Below, piece after piece: positions 24,940 to 35,911 of a stretch of 64,000 bases of DNA. Numbering within the stretch: the stretch's first letter is position 1; the number at the start of each line of letters is the position of its first letter. The stretch covers positions 30,449,112-30,513,111 of the forward strand of contig OZ316891.1 of the NCBI GenBank assembly GCA_973895155.1, given 5' to 3'. The notes below the pieces were generated by a model. It searched no databases, was not told the origin of the DNA, and saw nothing but the letters and a program-made list of their open reading frames with translations. The position numbers were made by a program, and so were the translations under genes. This DNA is from Marsupella aquatica. Lineage: Eukaryota; Plantae; Marchantiophyta.

Positions 24940-25728
24940 TTTTTTGAAAATTTGGCTAGTCGAATAGATCAATGCCTTGATCCTTCTAAGGATATGGAAG
25001 AGCTATTGACCAAGTTCTTACAACACTCGATCAAGAGGAAACATATGATGTGTCTGAGACCGCGCGAGTTGCTCACCGGTGATATAATTAACGCTTATTT
25101 GAGTTTTCTCGAACTGATTCTCGATAGAGTTGGAAAGTCAGACCTTGTCAAATTCTTCCAAACACACCATTTTGAGCTTCTCTCCATGGATCCTACCATT
25201 TTCGACGAGGAGAGAGCAGCTTGGACAAAGGAGTTTCCGCTAAAAATCAGTGAATATGAGAAATTGGTCTTTCTAGTACACAATGCTGTGAAAGAACATT
25301 GGTCATTGGTAGTCTTGTATCCGAAGGAGAAACGGCTGGAGTACCTAGATTCTCTAGTTCATAATCGACAAAATCCTGGGGTGCTAGATATTGTTGGGAA
25401 GTACTACGCCGACGAAATTGGTTGGAGAACTGGTGTCAACTTGGATCTCTCAGGTTGGGAATGGATATATCGGAATGATATTCCTCACCAGAGTGACGGC
25501 CACAGTTTTGGTGTGTTTATCTTGAGATACGCCAAGTGCTTGTGTCAAGGAAACGGAATTAATTTTGCCGCGGATCAAATTGAGAAATTCCGTAGGGAGA
25601 TAGTCTTGTCGTTATTTGACATGGACTTCCGCAAGCCGACGTCCGCAAGTAACCTAGTTACCGGGATCCGTGCTGCTATGATTGACATTTCCGGCAGAAT
25701 TCCAGCACTGAACGACCGTCTTGTATAG
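24940..25728 (+). CDS. Ulp1/peptidase C48 SUMO-protease domain exon; catalytic Cys replaced by Phe
   Basis: LRPRELLTGDIINAYL, KEHWSLVV, YLDSL and IPHQSDGHSFGVFIL (canonical PxQxNxxDCGVF); preceded by acceptor TTTTGCAG. Confidence 0.88.
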   Translation, partial: FFENLASRIDQCLDPSKDMEELLTKFLQHSIKRKHMMCLRPRELLTGDIINAYLSFLELILDRVGKSDLVKFFQTHHFELLSMDPTIFDEERAAWTKEFPLKISEYEKLVFLVHNAVKEHWSLVVLYPKEKRLEYLDSLVHNRQNPGVLDIVGKYYADEIGWRTGVNLDLSGWEWIYRNDIPHQSDGHSFGVFILRYAKCLCQGNGINFAADQIEKFRREIVLSLFDMDFRKPTSASNLVTGIRAAMIDISGRIPALNDRLV

Positions 25729-25812
25729 GTAATACACTTCATTTCAGTGTCTCTCTTTGTAGTCACGCGACCGTTCGCGTTATAAACTTATTTTCATTTC
25801 TTAATGTTTTAC

Positions 25813-26720
25813 AGAAGCCTATCCCGAAACCCCCTGATCGAGTATTGAAGGCACCAGTCCGGAAGTCCGGTGATCGTCCGGAGGTGGGAAACAAACAGAC
25901 CATTCTAGTACATTCTCCAAACCCTGCGGCACAAAAATCATAGGTACAGATGGCGCCTAATCCATCGGCAAAGAAGTCACCGGTTCAGAAGAGACTTGTA
26001 ATTTTTGATCTGAATCGGGTACTTATCTGGTCAGAGAAGATCAGCCCTGGGATGCCCATTCGGTCAAGGGGTGTGAGACAGATGCACAAGGTTATCTATC
26101 CAAGGCCTGATTTAATGGAATTTCTTGAGCAGGTGGCAGATCTATACGACATTGCGATCTGGTCGTGCATGTTCAAACGGAATATTCTATCTTGTGTAAG
26201 GTTGATACTTCGACCCGAAGTTTTGAAACGTATTAAATTTATATGGGGACAAGAATCAACTCGACTTATTGGGAAGAATAATAATGACATCCCTTTATTT
26301 GTCAAATGTCTCTCGGACATTGCCGCCGATATTAAAGATTACAACATCGAGAATGTCATTCTTATCAATGACGCTGCATATAAGACGAGCCTTAATGACT
26401 TCTATTCATCGCTGTATCCCGATGCATATTCTGGGCTCGATGATGACCTATTTTTTAGAAAGAAACTATATCCATATCTATGCAACATGTCAATTGACAA
26501 GTTGACATTCCGCGAGCTCCTTAGTGGATATGGGATTCCAACGTTCTCTCAAGAAAATCTTGAGAAAGATTATATTGATAAGACGAATCTTTGGAGGAGA
26601 AACGTGATCATTCGTAATCAGGGGAATAAAGACCATTTAGAAAAGTTTGATGAATTTATGAAATACTTATCTGCCGAAAAAGACCATGCTATAGAAGCCC
26701 GGGATAAGTCCAATAAGTAA
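25813..26720 (+). pseudogene. FCP1/NIF-family HAD phosphatase domain 1
   Basis: LVIFDLNRVL, PRPDLMEFLE, DIAIWSC, LFVKCLS and NVILINDAAYK; the frame from acceptor TTTTACAG has an in-frame TAG at 25941. Confidence 0.8.
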
Positions 26721-26845
26721 ATGTTTATTGTTTATTATCAATTATTATTTATAAATTGATTGAAATTGAACTTTTGGGAGTGACGTGCCCGGTCGCGTGG
26801 TTGTTTGCAATTGCATAATATGAGAATCGAATTGTTCATTTACAG

Positions 26846-27553
26846 GTGTCTAAGTGGAGCAGGTCGCGTCAACTTCTAGTTTTAGGACTGGAAAACTTCC
26901 TGTGCTCTGTTTCAAAATATACTCCTCAGCTCAAGTCGGCACCCGGAATTCGTATTGGATCTCTATGTGTCATTCCGAGGCCGCATCTTCATGATCTTAT
27001 AAAATTCTGTTATGATCATTTTGATGTGATGGTCTGGTCTATTCTCGACGATAAACTGGTTTATCAGATACTTTCAGAAGTGTTGTCGAGCACCGACCTG
27101 TCGCAGCTGATATATGTGTTCATGCGGGATCATTGCTGGAATCTTGGTTATGTGAAGAAAAATTATAAGACTGTTGTCTTCAAATCTATCGAGAGACTAC
27201 GTGATATGTTTCAAGATTATCGACCAGAGAATATAATCCAGATTGATGCCTGTCCTTCCCATACATGCCAGACAGTTGTATGCGGATTATTGTTCGCTAA
27301 GTTGTTTCAAGGATTGTTGGATGATGTCTTTTTGAGGGATGACCTCATTCCATATTTACGAAAGCTATCAAATTCAGGGCTTTGTCTTGCGTTCGCTAAC
27401 AAGTTCGATTATCCCATCTGGTCGATTAGAAATCTACATCGAGATTGGGATCTGAACGAGGATATATGGGAGCATCTGTACGTGCAGAGACATGCGGATC
27501 AAGTTCTTATCAAGCACTTCAACAGACGTCACTTATCAATGGCCAGAGTGTAG
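26846..27553 (+). CDS. FCP1/NIF-like HAD domain 2 (catalytic Asp motif lost)
   Basis: LLVLGLENFL, PRPHLHDLIKFCYDHFDVMVWS and NIIQIDA; begins at acceptor TTTACAG. Confidence 0.75.
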   Translation: MSKWSRSRQLLVLGLENFLCSVSKYTPQLKSAPGIRIGSLCVIPRPHLHDLIKFCYDHFDVMVWSILDDKLVYQILSEVLSSTDLSQLIYVFMRDHCWNLGYVKKNYKTVVFKSIERLRDMFQDYRPENIIQIDACPSHTCQTVVCGLLFAKLFQGLLDDVFLRDDLIPYLRKLSNSGLCLAFANKFDYPIWSIRNLHRDWDLNEDIWEHLYVQRHADQVLIKHFNRRHLSMARV

Positions 27554-27639
27554 AGGATGTTTTCTCTGTAATATGTGACGCGACCATTCGCGTGACTACA
27601 TCCATACGGGCTCATGCATCTTCTTGTGTTTCTCTACAG

Positions 27640-28368
27640 GAGATTCATTGCAGCAGAGAAAACGGGCTCATAGTTTTAGACGTGGAGCATCTACTCTGTT
27701 ACACTGCACCGCATTCCCGACTGATGGCGGTCTCAACTGGAATTCGGATTGGGAATATATACATTTTTCCAAGGCCTCATCTTCACGAATTCTTGAGATT
27801 CTGTTTTGAGAATTTCGATGTAGGGATCTGGTCCTCTCTTGGGAAGAACCTTTTAGATCAGATTTTAGCATCTATTTTTAATGCGATGGAAATGGCCTCA
27901 TTTAAGTATATTTGGGATCAGTCTCATTGTTACTTATGCGATGGGGTGACATCAAATAAGCGGATATTTTTGAAGTGTTTTGAGAAGGTTGGAATTTATA
28001 CGAAGGCGTATCTGCAGCAAAATATAATGCTTATCGAATCCGATGCATTTCATGCTTGTTTAGATCCTGTTGTTGGATCATTATTTCCGCCCAAATATTT
28101 TGGGTCGGTCGACGACAGTTTCCTGATTAACTTGCTGATTCCGTATCTTAGCAAGCTAGCAAACTCTTGTGAGCCGCTTGTCATTGCCAATGGAAGAGAT
28201 TATCCAGATTGGTCAGTTAAATCTATTTTTAGAGATTATGATTATAATCATACTCTATGGGAAGACCCTGTGATTCAGAGGCATGGAGATAGATATCTAG
28301 TAGAGCAATTTAACAGACGCCCAATTTTGGACGCTTCCAAAATAATAGTTGGCATGAGATCAGATTAA
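27640..28368 (+). CDS. FCP1/NIF-like HAD domain 3, paralog of domain 2
   Basis: LIVLDVEHLL and PRPHLHEFLRFCFENFDVGIWSS; a phase-0 intron (~27548-27639) would fuse it to domain 2. Confidence 0.8.
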   Translation, partial: EIHCSRENGLIVLDVEHLLCYTAPHSRLMAVSTGIRIGNIYIFPRPHLHEFLRFCFENFDVGIWSSLGKNLLDQILASIFNAMEMASFKYIWDQSHCYLCDGVTSNKRIFLKCFEKVGIYTKAYLQQNIMLIESDAFHACLDPVVGSLFPPKYFGSVDDSFLINLLIPYLSKLANSCEPLVIANGRDYPDWSVKSIFRDYDYNHTLWEDPVIQRHGDRYLVEQFNRRPILDASKIIVGMRSD

Positions 28369-28859
28369 TTTGTATTGTCGTTCTAGAAACCATTTGTAAA
28401 CTCCTTATATACTGGTTATCATATATAAAGGATCTCAAAGATTTATTTCTCTATTATTATTATTCGCGTGAGCATGTCTCTTGGTCCCGTCAAGTTGGAT
28501 TGGTTAAAATGTGACGTTGCAGTCATTTTCAGGGTTTCACGCGCAGCCACGCGTCATGTCGCCCCCTTTTTATTAAAATAATAATATTTAGTGATTTTCG
28601 GAATTTCCAAAGTTTGGTTTTCCTTAAATTGGGGTTCTAAGCTGCAATCGATCATGGGCGGAGCTGCACAAATACTGCCAAGCATCGAGAGCCAAGTCTG
28701 TCACTGGAACTGGAAGTTGAAAGGCAAAGGAGAATGTCCTTCCTGTGCAAACATCGACTGGAGTTTTTGATGGGCTAAAACATGTCCGGGGGTTTGTGAA
28801 AGGGAACTCGAACATAAGCTCCTGAGTGTGCAAAAATGTCGAGAGTTGTTGAGGCTGAG

Positions 28860-29342
28860 GCAAAACACTGATTCTTTGTGTGCCGCCTCAACTTCGAGTG
28901 TGCAATGCAGGGCCGGGGCACATGTGTAAACATTCGCGAGCCTTTGTCGTGAACAAAAATGATCGCCCTGGTGAAAAATGTGAGCTCCTTTCGAGAGGTG
29001 TGGAGGGCCAGGAAACATGGGTGGGGGTTTGAGAGGGATCGGGCCATCGGGGCTCCCGCTCCCGGGTCGCAGTTTCCCCTTTGCAGTGCTGCACCTAAGA
29101 GGGGTCCTGCCCAAAAACAAAGATCCCGGGACCAAAGCGATAGCCCACGACGGGGGAGGGGGGAAAGGGAGATCCGGGCTGGTTAGTGACGTGGAATCAC
29201 GACTTGACATGTGGCAGCGGGAACCTGATGATGAGTTAAAAGTAACCCGTATACGGAAAGGGAGGCAAGCTGACAAATAAAACTGTTTGGGGGACAGGAT
29301 AGGAATTTCGCCTAGTTAGGGGGATGGGATAGTAAAAAGCTG
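28860..29342 (-). repeat. Right terminal inverted repeat of the giant transposon
   Basis: Reverse complement of 6427-6921. Confidence 0.95.
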
Positions 29343-32300
29343 TAACATTTAATGCGAATCCCTGATTTGTACAAGGAAAGCTTACCGCCTGCTTACTGAT
29401 TTGCTTACTGCCTCGTCCACCATTGTCACAGCTATTTAATTTACACACGCTACCTTCTCGCTCATGAAACGGTCACTCTACAAATTTGGCCTTAACATAG
29501 GACCTAGATGGAGAGTACCTTTACCCCAATGGACCCTTTAAACCTTCAATCACGCATTGGCACCTTTTGGGGAATAGCCTTCACTCAGTGGCACCTTTTT
29601 CTATTCCCAAAAGCTCAACACTCGAGACCCTCATGTACGCGTTCAGCCGTTCACTGATTGACATCCTTTTCCGCCCCAAAGTCAAACCCTGTACACCTTG
29701 GCTGGCGTTCACTCATTGGCACTCTAAAATGACATCTAAAAAGACTTTTGCCACGGGTTTCAATCAGTTTGCCTGGTGGTAAGTTGATTCCAAATTTACT
29801 CAGGATATCCTTCACAAAAGATAAGCATCCATTGGAAGTTGGTTTATAATTATAGTTGATGCTTTTTGTGCTCATAGGGAAATGGTACCAATGATCTCAG
29901 TAAGATCTCAAACTTTGTGCTCATAGGGAAATGGTGCCAATGATCTCAAACTTAGATCCAAAAGCTATCCAACTAAATGTGCAAGCCTGTCAAAACCCCC
30001 CAGTTCATACTTGGTCAGGGCACAGGGAAAAACTATTTGAGGTGTCCTTGTCTGAAGTGAAGCCTCTTTTTGGTGTAAACTGGCTGATGATTTAAGCAGC
30101 CAGTCATTTTTTTTCTTTTTGGTGTAAACTGGTCATTTTTACTTCTTGGTGTAAACTGGCCCATGACTTTAAGGAAGCCAGGTGGAGTGCCATGGCAGAT
30201 CCATCTGGACGAAGTCACTTTTTCCTTTTGGTGTAAACTGGTTGTCTTTAAGGAAGCCACATGATGGGCGTGGCAAACCCATCTGGACAAAAGTGTACAT
30301 ATATGGATGGATGGGCCTGGCAACCCATCTGGACAAAAGTGTACTCGCCTCTTGTTTCCATGCGAGACTGCGAGTACTCAATGCACTCTGATTGCCATTT
30401 TCTTGGAGGTTTGTGTGTTCCTTTCATCATTAGAATTTATTCCTTTAAAAGTAACGCAAAAAGGGGGACTTATATGCTTGATGGGATTGCCAAAATAAAT
30501 TTACGTATCACTCAGGGTTTTCACTTATTTCATTTCTACCTATCACGCAAAAGTAAGTATATGGTCTGTTTATTGAATTTTTCATTTCTACCCACCACAC
30601 AAAAGTAAGTATATGGTTTGTTTGTTGAATTGACAAGAATACTTTTAAATTTATGTAGAAGAACATTAAGGATTTTAAAATACAATTTTAAGAATTATAG
30701 AAGAAGGTAGGACTTTAGAAATTAATTTTGGGAATATTTTTAGAATATTCCAATAAATAGGGGTAGAAAATAGATTTTAGGGTGTTCAATAGCTAAAAAC
30801 ATCGAGCATGTTATGAGACCCCCTTTAGAGTGAGGCCCCAGAGCCGTACCGGCCCCTATTAAGCTTTTGTTACAAACTAGGCCCCCCACAAAAATATTGT
30901 TACCTACTAGGGCCCCTATGTAAGTTACGTACACATGGTTCTTCTGTGGTGCCTAAATGCATGCCCGGGGTCCTCACTTATTTTCTTTATACTCATCACG
31001 CAAAAGTAAGTATAGGGTTTGTTTATTGGGCCAAGAATAATACTTTTAAGTTTCTATAGAAGAACATTTAGAGGGTGTTTTTCGCACAATTTCATGCCTG
31101 GGCAAGGTTCAACCGAGATTCAATATCTTTAATTAGCACTAATCTGACTAAATCTTATGCCCAAAAATGAGATTTGGAAGCTTTTTTGGGACTGCTACCA
31201 AAAACCTGAAATGAAAGTTAAGTAAATTGTTGTTTATAATTACATAAATAAAATAATAAAATAAAATAATATATATATGCATTTGGGAATTTCTGGAAAT
31301 AAAACATTCCACTATTGTTAAATTAGTGTTATTAGGGTTTTGAAATACAATTTTGAGAATCATAAGAGAAGAAAGGGTTTTAGAAATGATTTTTGGGAAT
31401 TTTTTAAAAAATATTCCAAAAAGATAGGGGTAGAAAAATAGCTAAAAATGTCAAGTGTGTTATGAGACCTTCTTTAGAGTGAGGCCCCCATGAATGCATG
31501 GTAAGCCGTACATTTCCCATTGCAATCCATTGCACTCTGTGTCACAGTCCACCACCTGTACTTCTATGCTTGATTATATATAGAGTTTTAAGGGATCCAC
31601 CGCTCTAGGATTGTGGGTTTGTACAATATTTAGCCTAAACATTTAGTCTAGTTCTTGCAGGCTAGCAAAATTTCCCCATTGATGATTGAGTCCATGATGT
31701 CCTCCTTTCACACTAAGACAATTTTTGAAAGTTGCAACAGTCATGGGAAAACAGCCAAGAGTAAAAGATATTTGGTTCCCTCCATGCTTAGACAAATTTG
31801 GGGTCTAGATGTGAGAAGATAATTTTTAAACATTGCAATTATTGGGACAAGAGGCCAAAAGTAGGGCCGGATTCATTCCATACTTAGACAAAAGAACAAA
31901 GAGAAACGTTGAAAGATCATGCAAACCCTTAGATTGCATAGGTTTGATGAAACAACCTAAAGACAAAATATAAACCTGAAGTCTTCACTTAGTAACTTAT
32001 CAATCTATTCATTAAAAATGAATTATTATTCAATTTATGAACATTTGGGCAACATAAAGTGTACATTTGGCTTTCAAAAAGTGTACAATTGGACAAAAAA
32101 TAAAGATGTTGGCCATCAGATGTACTACCATGTTCATCCTTTGTAGATGTAACACCATGTTCATCCTTTGTAAATGAACTAGGATGAGACTCCTTCTAGT
32201 ATTTAAAAAACAATTTTGCACCCTCAAGTTTACAATTGACCATTAAGTTTAGGTGTAGAGTATTGTACTATAGTGTACCTTTTGGGGTTAGAAAGTGTAC

Positions 32301-34411
32301 ATTTAGAGGCCTAAAAGTGAACAAAATAAAATACACTTTTAACTAATAGGGTGATACTTGCAATTTGTGCAAAGGCTGCCATTACTTCACGGTTCCCCCA
32401 ATGGTGTAGTTTTCCATTTAAAAGCTTGCTTTGACTCTAAACTTTAAAGTAGCTCTCACTGGTGACAATATAAAGCTAAAACTCCTTATAGTAACTTTAC
32501 AACAACATCTAACACAAAAGTGTCAAAGGGGGCCTATTATGTAACAAAATTTCATAAGGGCCTATCACCTAAATTTCTTTTGGCAGGGGTCCCATCAAGC
32601 ATATACCTCCAAAAAGGGGCAATGCAATTTTGAGGGCCATGAATTTAGCAAAAATCTGAGTCTCAACGTGTAAGAAAACCATGTAAGAAAACAAGCTAGG
32701 GCTTCCTATTTATACTTTTTGAGGCCTGATATTGCTTACCATAGGGTCATCACCATTGCCACATACTCGCCACCCTCACTTGAGATGGCAAACCACCCTA
32801 CCAACCCCAACTATGGTAATTACAATACATGGCTATATATATGTCATGAATTGGGCTCACTTTCTCATGTCATAGTACATAGTATAATGCCCTCTACAAG
32901 AACATTTCACCAGAAACTATCAAAGGGGTCTATCTGAACATAGGAGAGGGGGTCGATTAAGCATATACCTCTGTACAATAAAATCATTCAGTAATGTACA
33001 TGTTTTGTTGATGTAGATTTTACTTTGTAGCCCAAGTTTAATTTGCATTGAAACCCGCATTGAAAGCATGGCATTTTGATAATTAAATGAAAAACTTAAG
33101 ATAGTCTAATTGATAATAACTCTCATAGTTTTTATTTATTTATAAATATGCCATAGTTCCATAGACCACAAGTTCACTAACATAATCAGGGGAACCATAT
33201 ACAAAATCCCAAAGTACTTGAAAATGGAATACAAACAATGGTTGCATTCTAACTTGAAACACATTTAGTGGTACTAATGTAAAGATCTTTAGTGGTAATA
33301 TAAAGGTGGCAATCAGCTTATTTGTTAGGTGCAAATTTTAGCCAAAGTCCACCTCCCCTAAAAGTTTTGGGGAAAACTCACTAGATTCTATGTGTGTCAT
33401 TGGCCACTTTCCCACCAAATCATGGACTCCATTTGCCAGAATCTAATGGCCTTCCATAAATCTAGGGATATCTGACGGTCAAAAAATAATTCAGGAAAAA
33501 AGAAGAAGAAAAAAAATCCAGTCAACTCCTCTTTCAGAAAGACCTATATCCTTCACAGTTCACACTGGCTAAAAACCAAAAAGAAACCTTTAAAAAAAAA
33601 TCTGGTGGCAATATTATTATCTGTAACATCTTTAGTGTCAATTTATGAAATAGCAGTACTGTAGTCACGCTGAACACCCCATAGCTACAGTAGTTGACAA
33701 ATCTCAGTTCGCTTCAATTGATTCGATTCAGCGCAATGTGCATTAACTTGCTTAGTAGGGTTTACGCTTTTGGGGGGGTTTGACTATACAGACACAACGC
33801 TCCTAGATCCGTAGATTAACACGTACAAGCTTACGACTTTGCCCACCCAATGCTACATCGACTTTGTCTGCGCATGCAAGAATGCGTGGTGCAGGTGCGG
33901 AGATTTTTCCTACCGTTCTCAGTCTCCCGTATGCTCGTTCTCCTCCTTTGTGTGGATCAATCAGTTTGTCATAGGTTTCAGTAAAATAATGTTTTCAGAA
34001 TTGCATGCATGCGTGCACGAGGAGCTCATCTCGTGCTGCTTGCTGCTTGCTGCTAAAGCTTGTCCTCAATCTGTTCTGTCAGACGACCCTCTTGTCTATA
34101 TATCTCCTGCTACTTCACCACAGAAGCAATTAATCACGTCCTGCTCTTTCGATTGAGTCCGCCATCCAGTCGATTGCTGTGATATGACCTGACATGCACG
34201 TCGGGCAGAACACTGCTTGCGCGAGCAGCGAGTCGCTGGCATGCATGTTGGATCACTTCGTCGAGGTTCTCGAACGGTCGTTGAACATACAACTACTCAA
34301 ATTTACGAAAGTACCAGTCGAGAGTACATTTGTTTTGCCCAGCTTGTCGATCTGCTACTGCATATCTAGTGATTTCGTGGCCATTGGTAGAAACGAACGG
34401 AAGAACTCTCG

Positions 34412-35911
34412 ATGGCTTCAGTAGGCAACTCCAGAAAGGGTTCTGAACTTAAGCGGTCACCATTATTTTTACCGATTGGCGATGACTATCCAGGAGTGGG
34501 AATGCGACCTACGTCAAGGGCTATGGTTTCACCTTCCAAGCCTACCACGAAGCATTGGTTGGCTCTAAGCAATTTGGATCGAGTCGTGAATCCGACCTTC
34601 AGTAGTGTGATCCTCTTCTACGCGAACTTGCTGGACTCGATCCAGTTCCAGGATATCACCAGGTCTCTCAAGGACTCCCTTGCCAAGGCTCTTGTCCATT
34701 TCTATCCCCTGGCTGGTCGACTGGCCCTCCGCGAAGACGGGAAGGTGGACATTCATTGCAACGATGAAGGAGCTGTGTTTGTGGAAGCAGTCGTGGATGC
34801 GGAATTGAGTGCCGTTGGTGGACCACGGCCAATGCCGTTTTTGTCTGGCTTGGAAATTGCTGGATTGGGAAAAGGCCCTCGTTACATTCCTGATCAGATT
34901 ACTTCCATGCCCACCCTGGTTGTCCAGGTGACGAGGTTCAAGTGTGGGAGTGTGGCGATTGCTGCGAACTGGCACCATACGGTGGCTGATGGTTTCTCCG
35001 GTTGCCAGTTCATGAAGTCCTGGGCGGAGATTGGAGCTGGCAATGAGCTCTCTCTTCTCCCAAATCACAATCGCTTCCTGCTTAATCCTCGCGAAACTCC
35101 CGATACTTCCCTCGTTAACGGGTACAGCACTGGAGACATCGAAAAGATGCTCTCGAATTCCGAGCTCACGAGATATCAAAAGTTGCTCTCGGAACCGGCT
35201 ATCCTGGAAAGCTTCCATGTCAAGAAGGACACGGTGCAAGGCATTAAGGAGAGCATGAGCGTGGAGAATGATCAAGGTGGGTACTTTACTACGGTGGAGT
35301 CCATCTCTGCACATTTGTGGCGACAAATGACGAAGGCCAGAATGGAACCTGGCGAGGGAGCCGACCAAGATCCCAGTTCATCTGAACCAGATTCACTCAC
35401 CAGATTCTTCATATTTGTCGATGGGAGGAAGAAACTGAATCTGCCTGCTGGGTATTTCGGTAACGTGGTGTGCAGCGCATGTGCAGTTGCCAGTGAAGGG
35501 GAGATCTTGAACAAACCCCTAGCGCATGCGGCAAGCCTCATCTAAAAAGCCACACGCAGCATTTCTGGGGACTACTTCAGATCCCTCATCGATTGGGTGG
35601 AAGTTCAAGGAACCTCGCCAGAAACGCTCAAGTCCGGGCATGTCCTCTCCGTGGGCCATGATGTCGCCGCAACGTTCTGGACATTCTTCCCACTCTACGA
35701 AATGGATTTCGGATGGGGCCGGCCATCTCTGGCAGCCAGGAACTCTCCTCCACGCCCGCTCATCGACGGCATCGCAATGCTACCCAGTTCGGATGGACCG
35801 GAGAGCATGGTGGCACTCTTAAACCTTCACGCGGACCGCATGAAACGCCTTTGCAAGCAACCTTCCTTCAACGGGGTCTACTCACCCATGTACACCAGTA
35901 CTCTGTCTTGA
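34412..35911 (+). pseudogene. BAHD acyltransferase, intronless, with a single in-frame TAA
   Basis: FYPLAGRL, IHCNDEGAVFVEA, HHTVAD (HXXXD), GYFGN and DFGWG; ORFs 34412 and 35597 share a frame across TAA 35543-35545. Confidence 0.92.

Larger units (their letters stand above)
6427..29342. mobile_element. Giant (22.9 kb) cargo-carrying TIR DNA transposon with a Sola1/DUF7869-type transposase
   Basis: Long TIRs starting CAGCTTTTTACTA and ending TAGTAAAAAGCTG; identical TAACATTTAA at 6417-6426 and 29343-29352; internal transposase and cargo genes; shared internal palindrome. Confidence 0.93.

Noticed and set aside
19449-28554. Integron-like cassette array with palindromes as attC sites
   Set aside because: No tyrosine recombinase was seen, and several palindromes lie inside in-frame GT-AG introns rather than at cassette borders.
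29350-33600. Short ORFs and local duplications (GGTGTAAACTGG repeats, 30560-30840 versus 30990-31490)
   Set aside because: AT-rich degenerate repeat debris without definable termini or protein motifs.
34565-35368. 267-aa antisense ORF
   Set aside because: It is the shadow of the BAHD coding strand.
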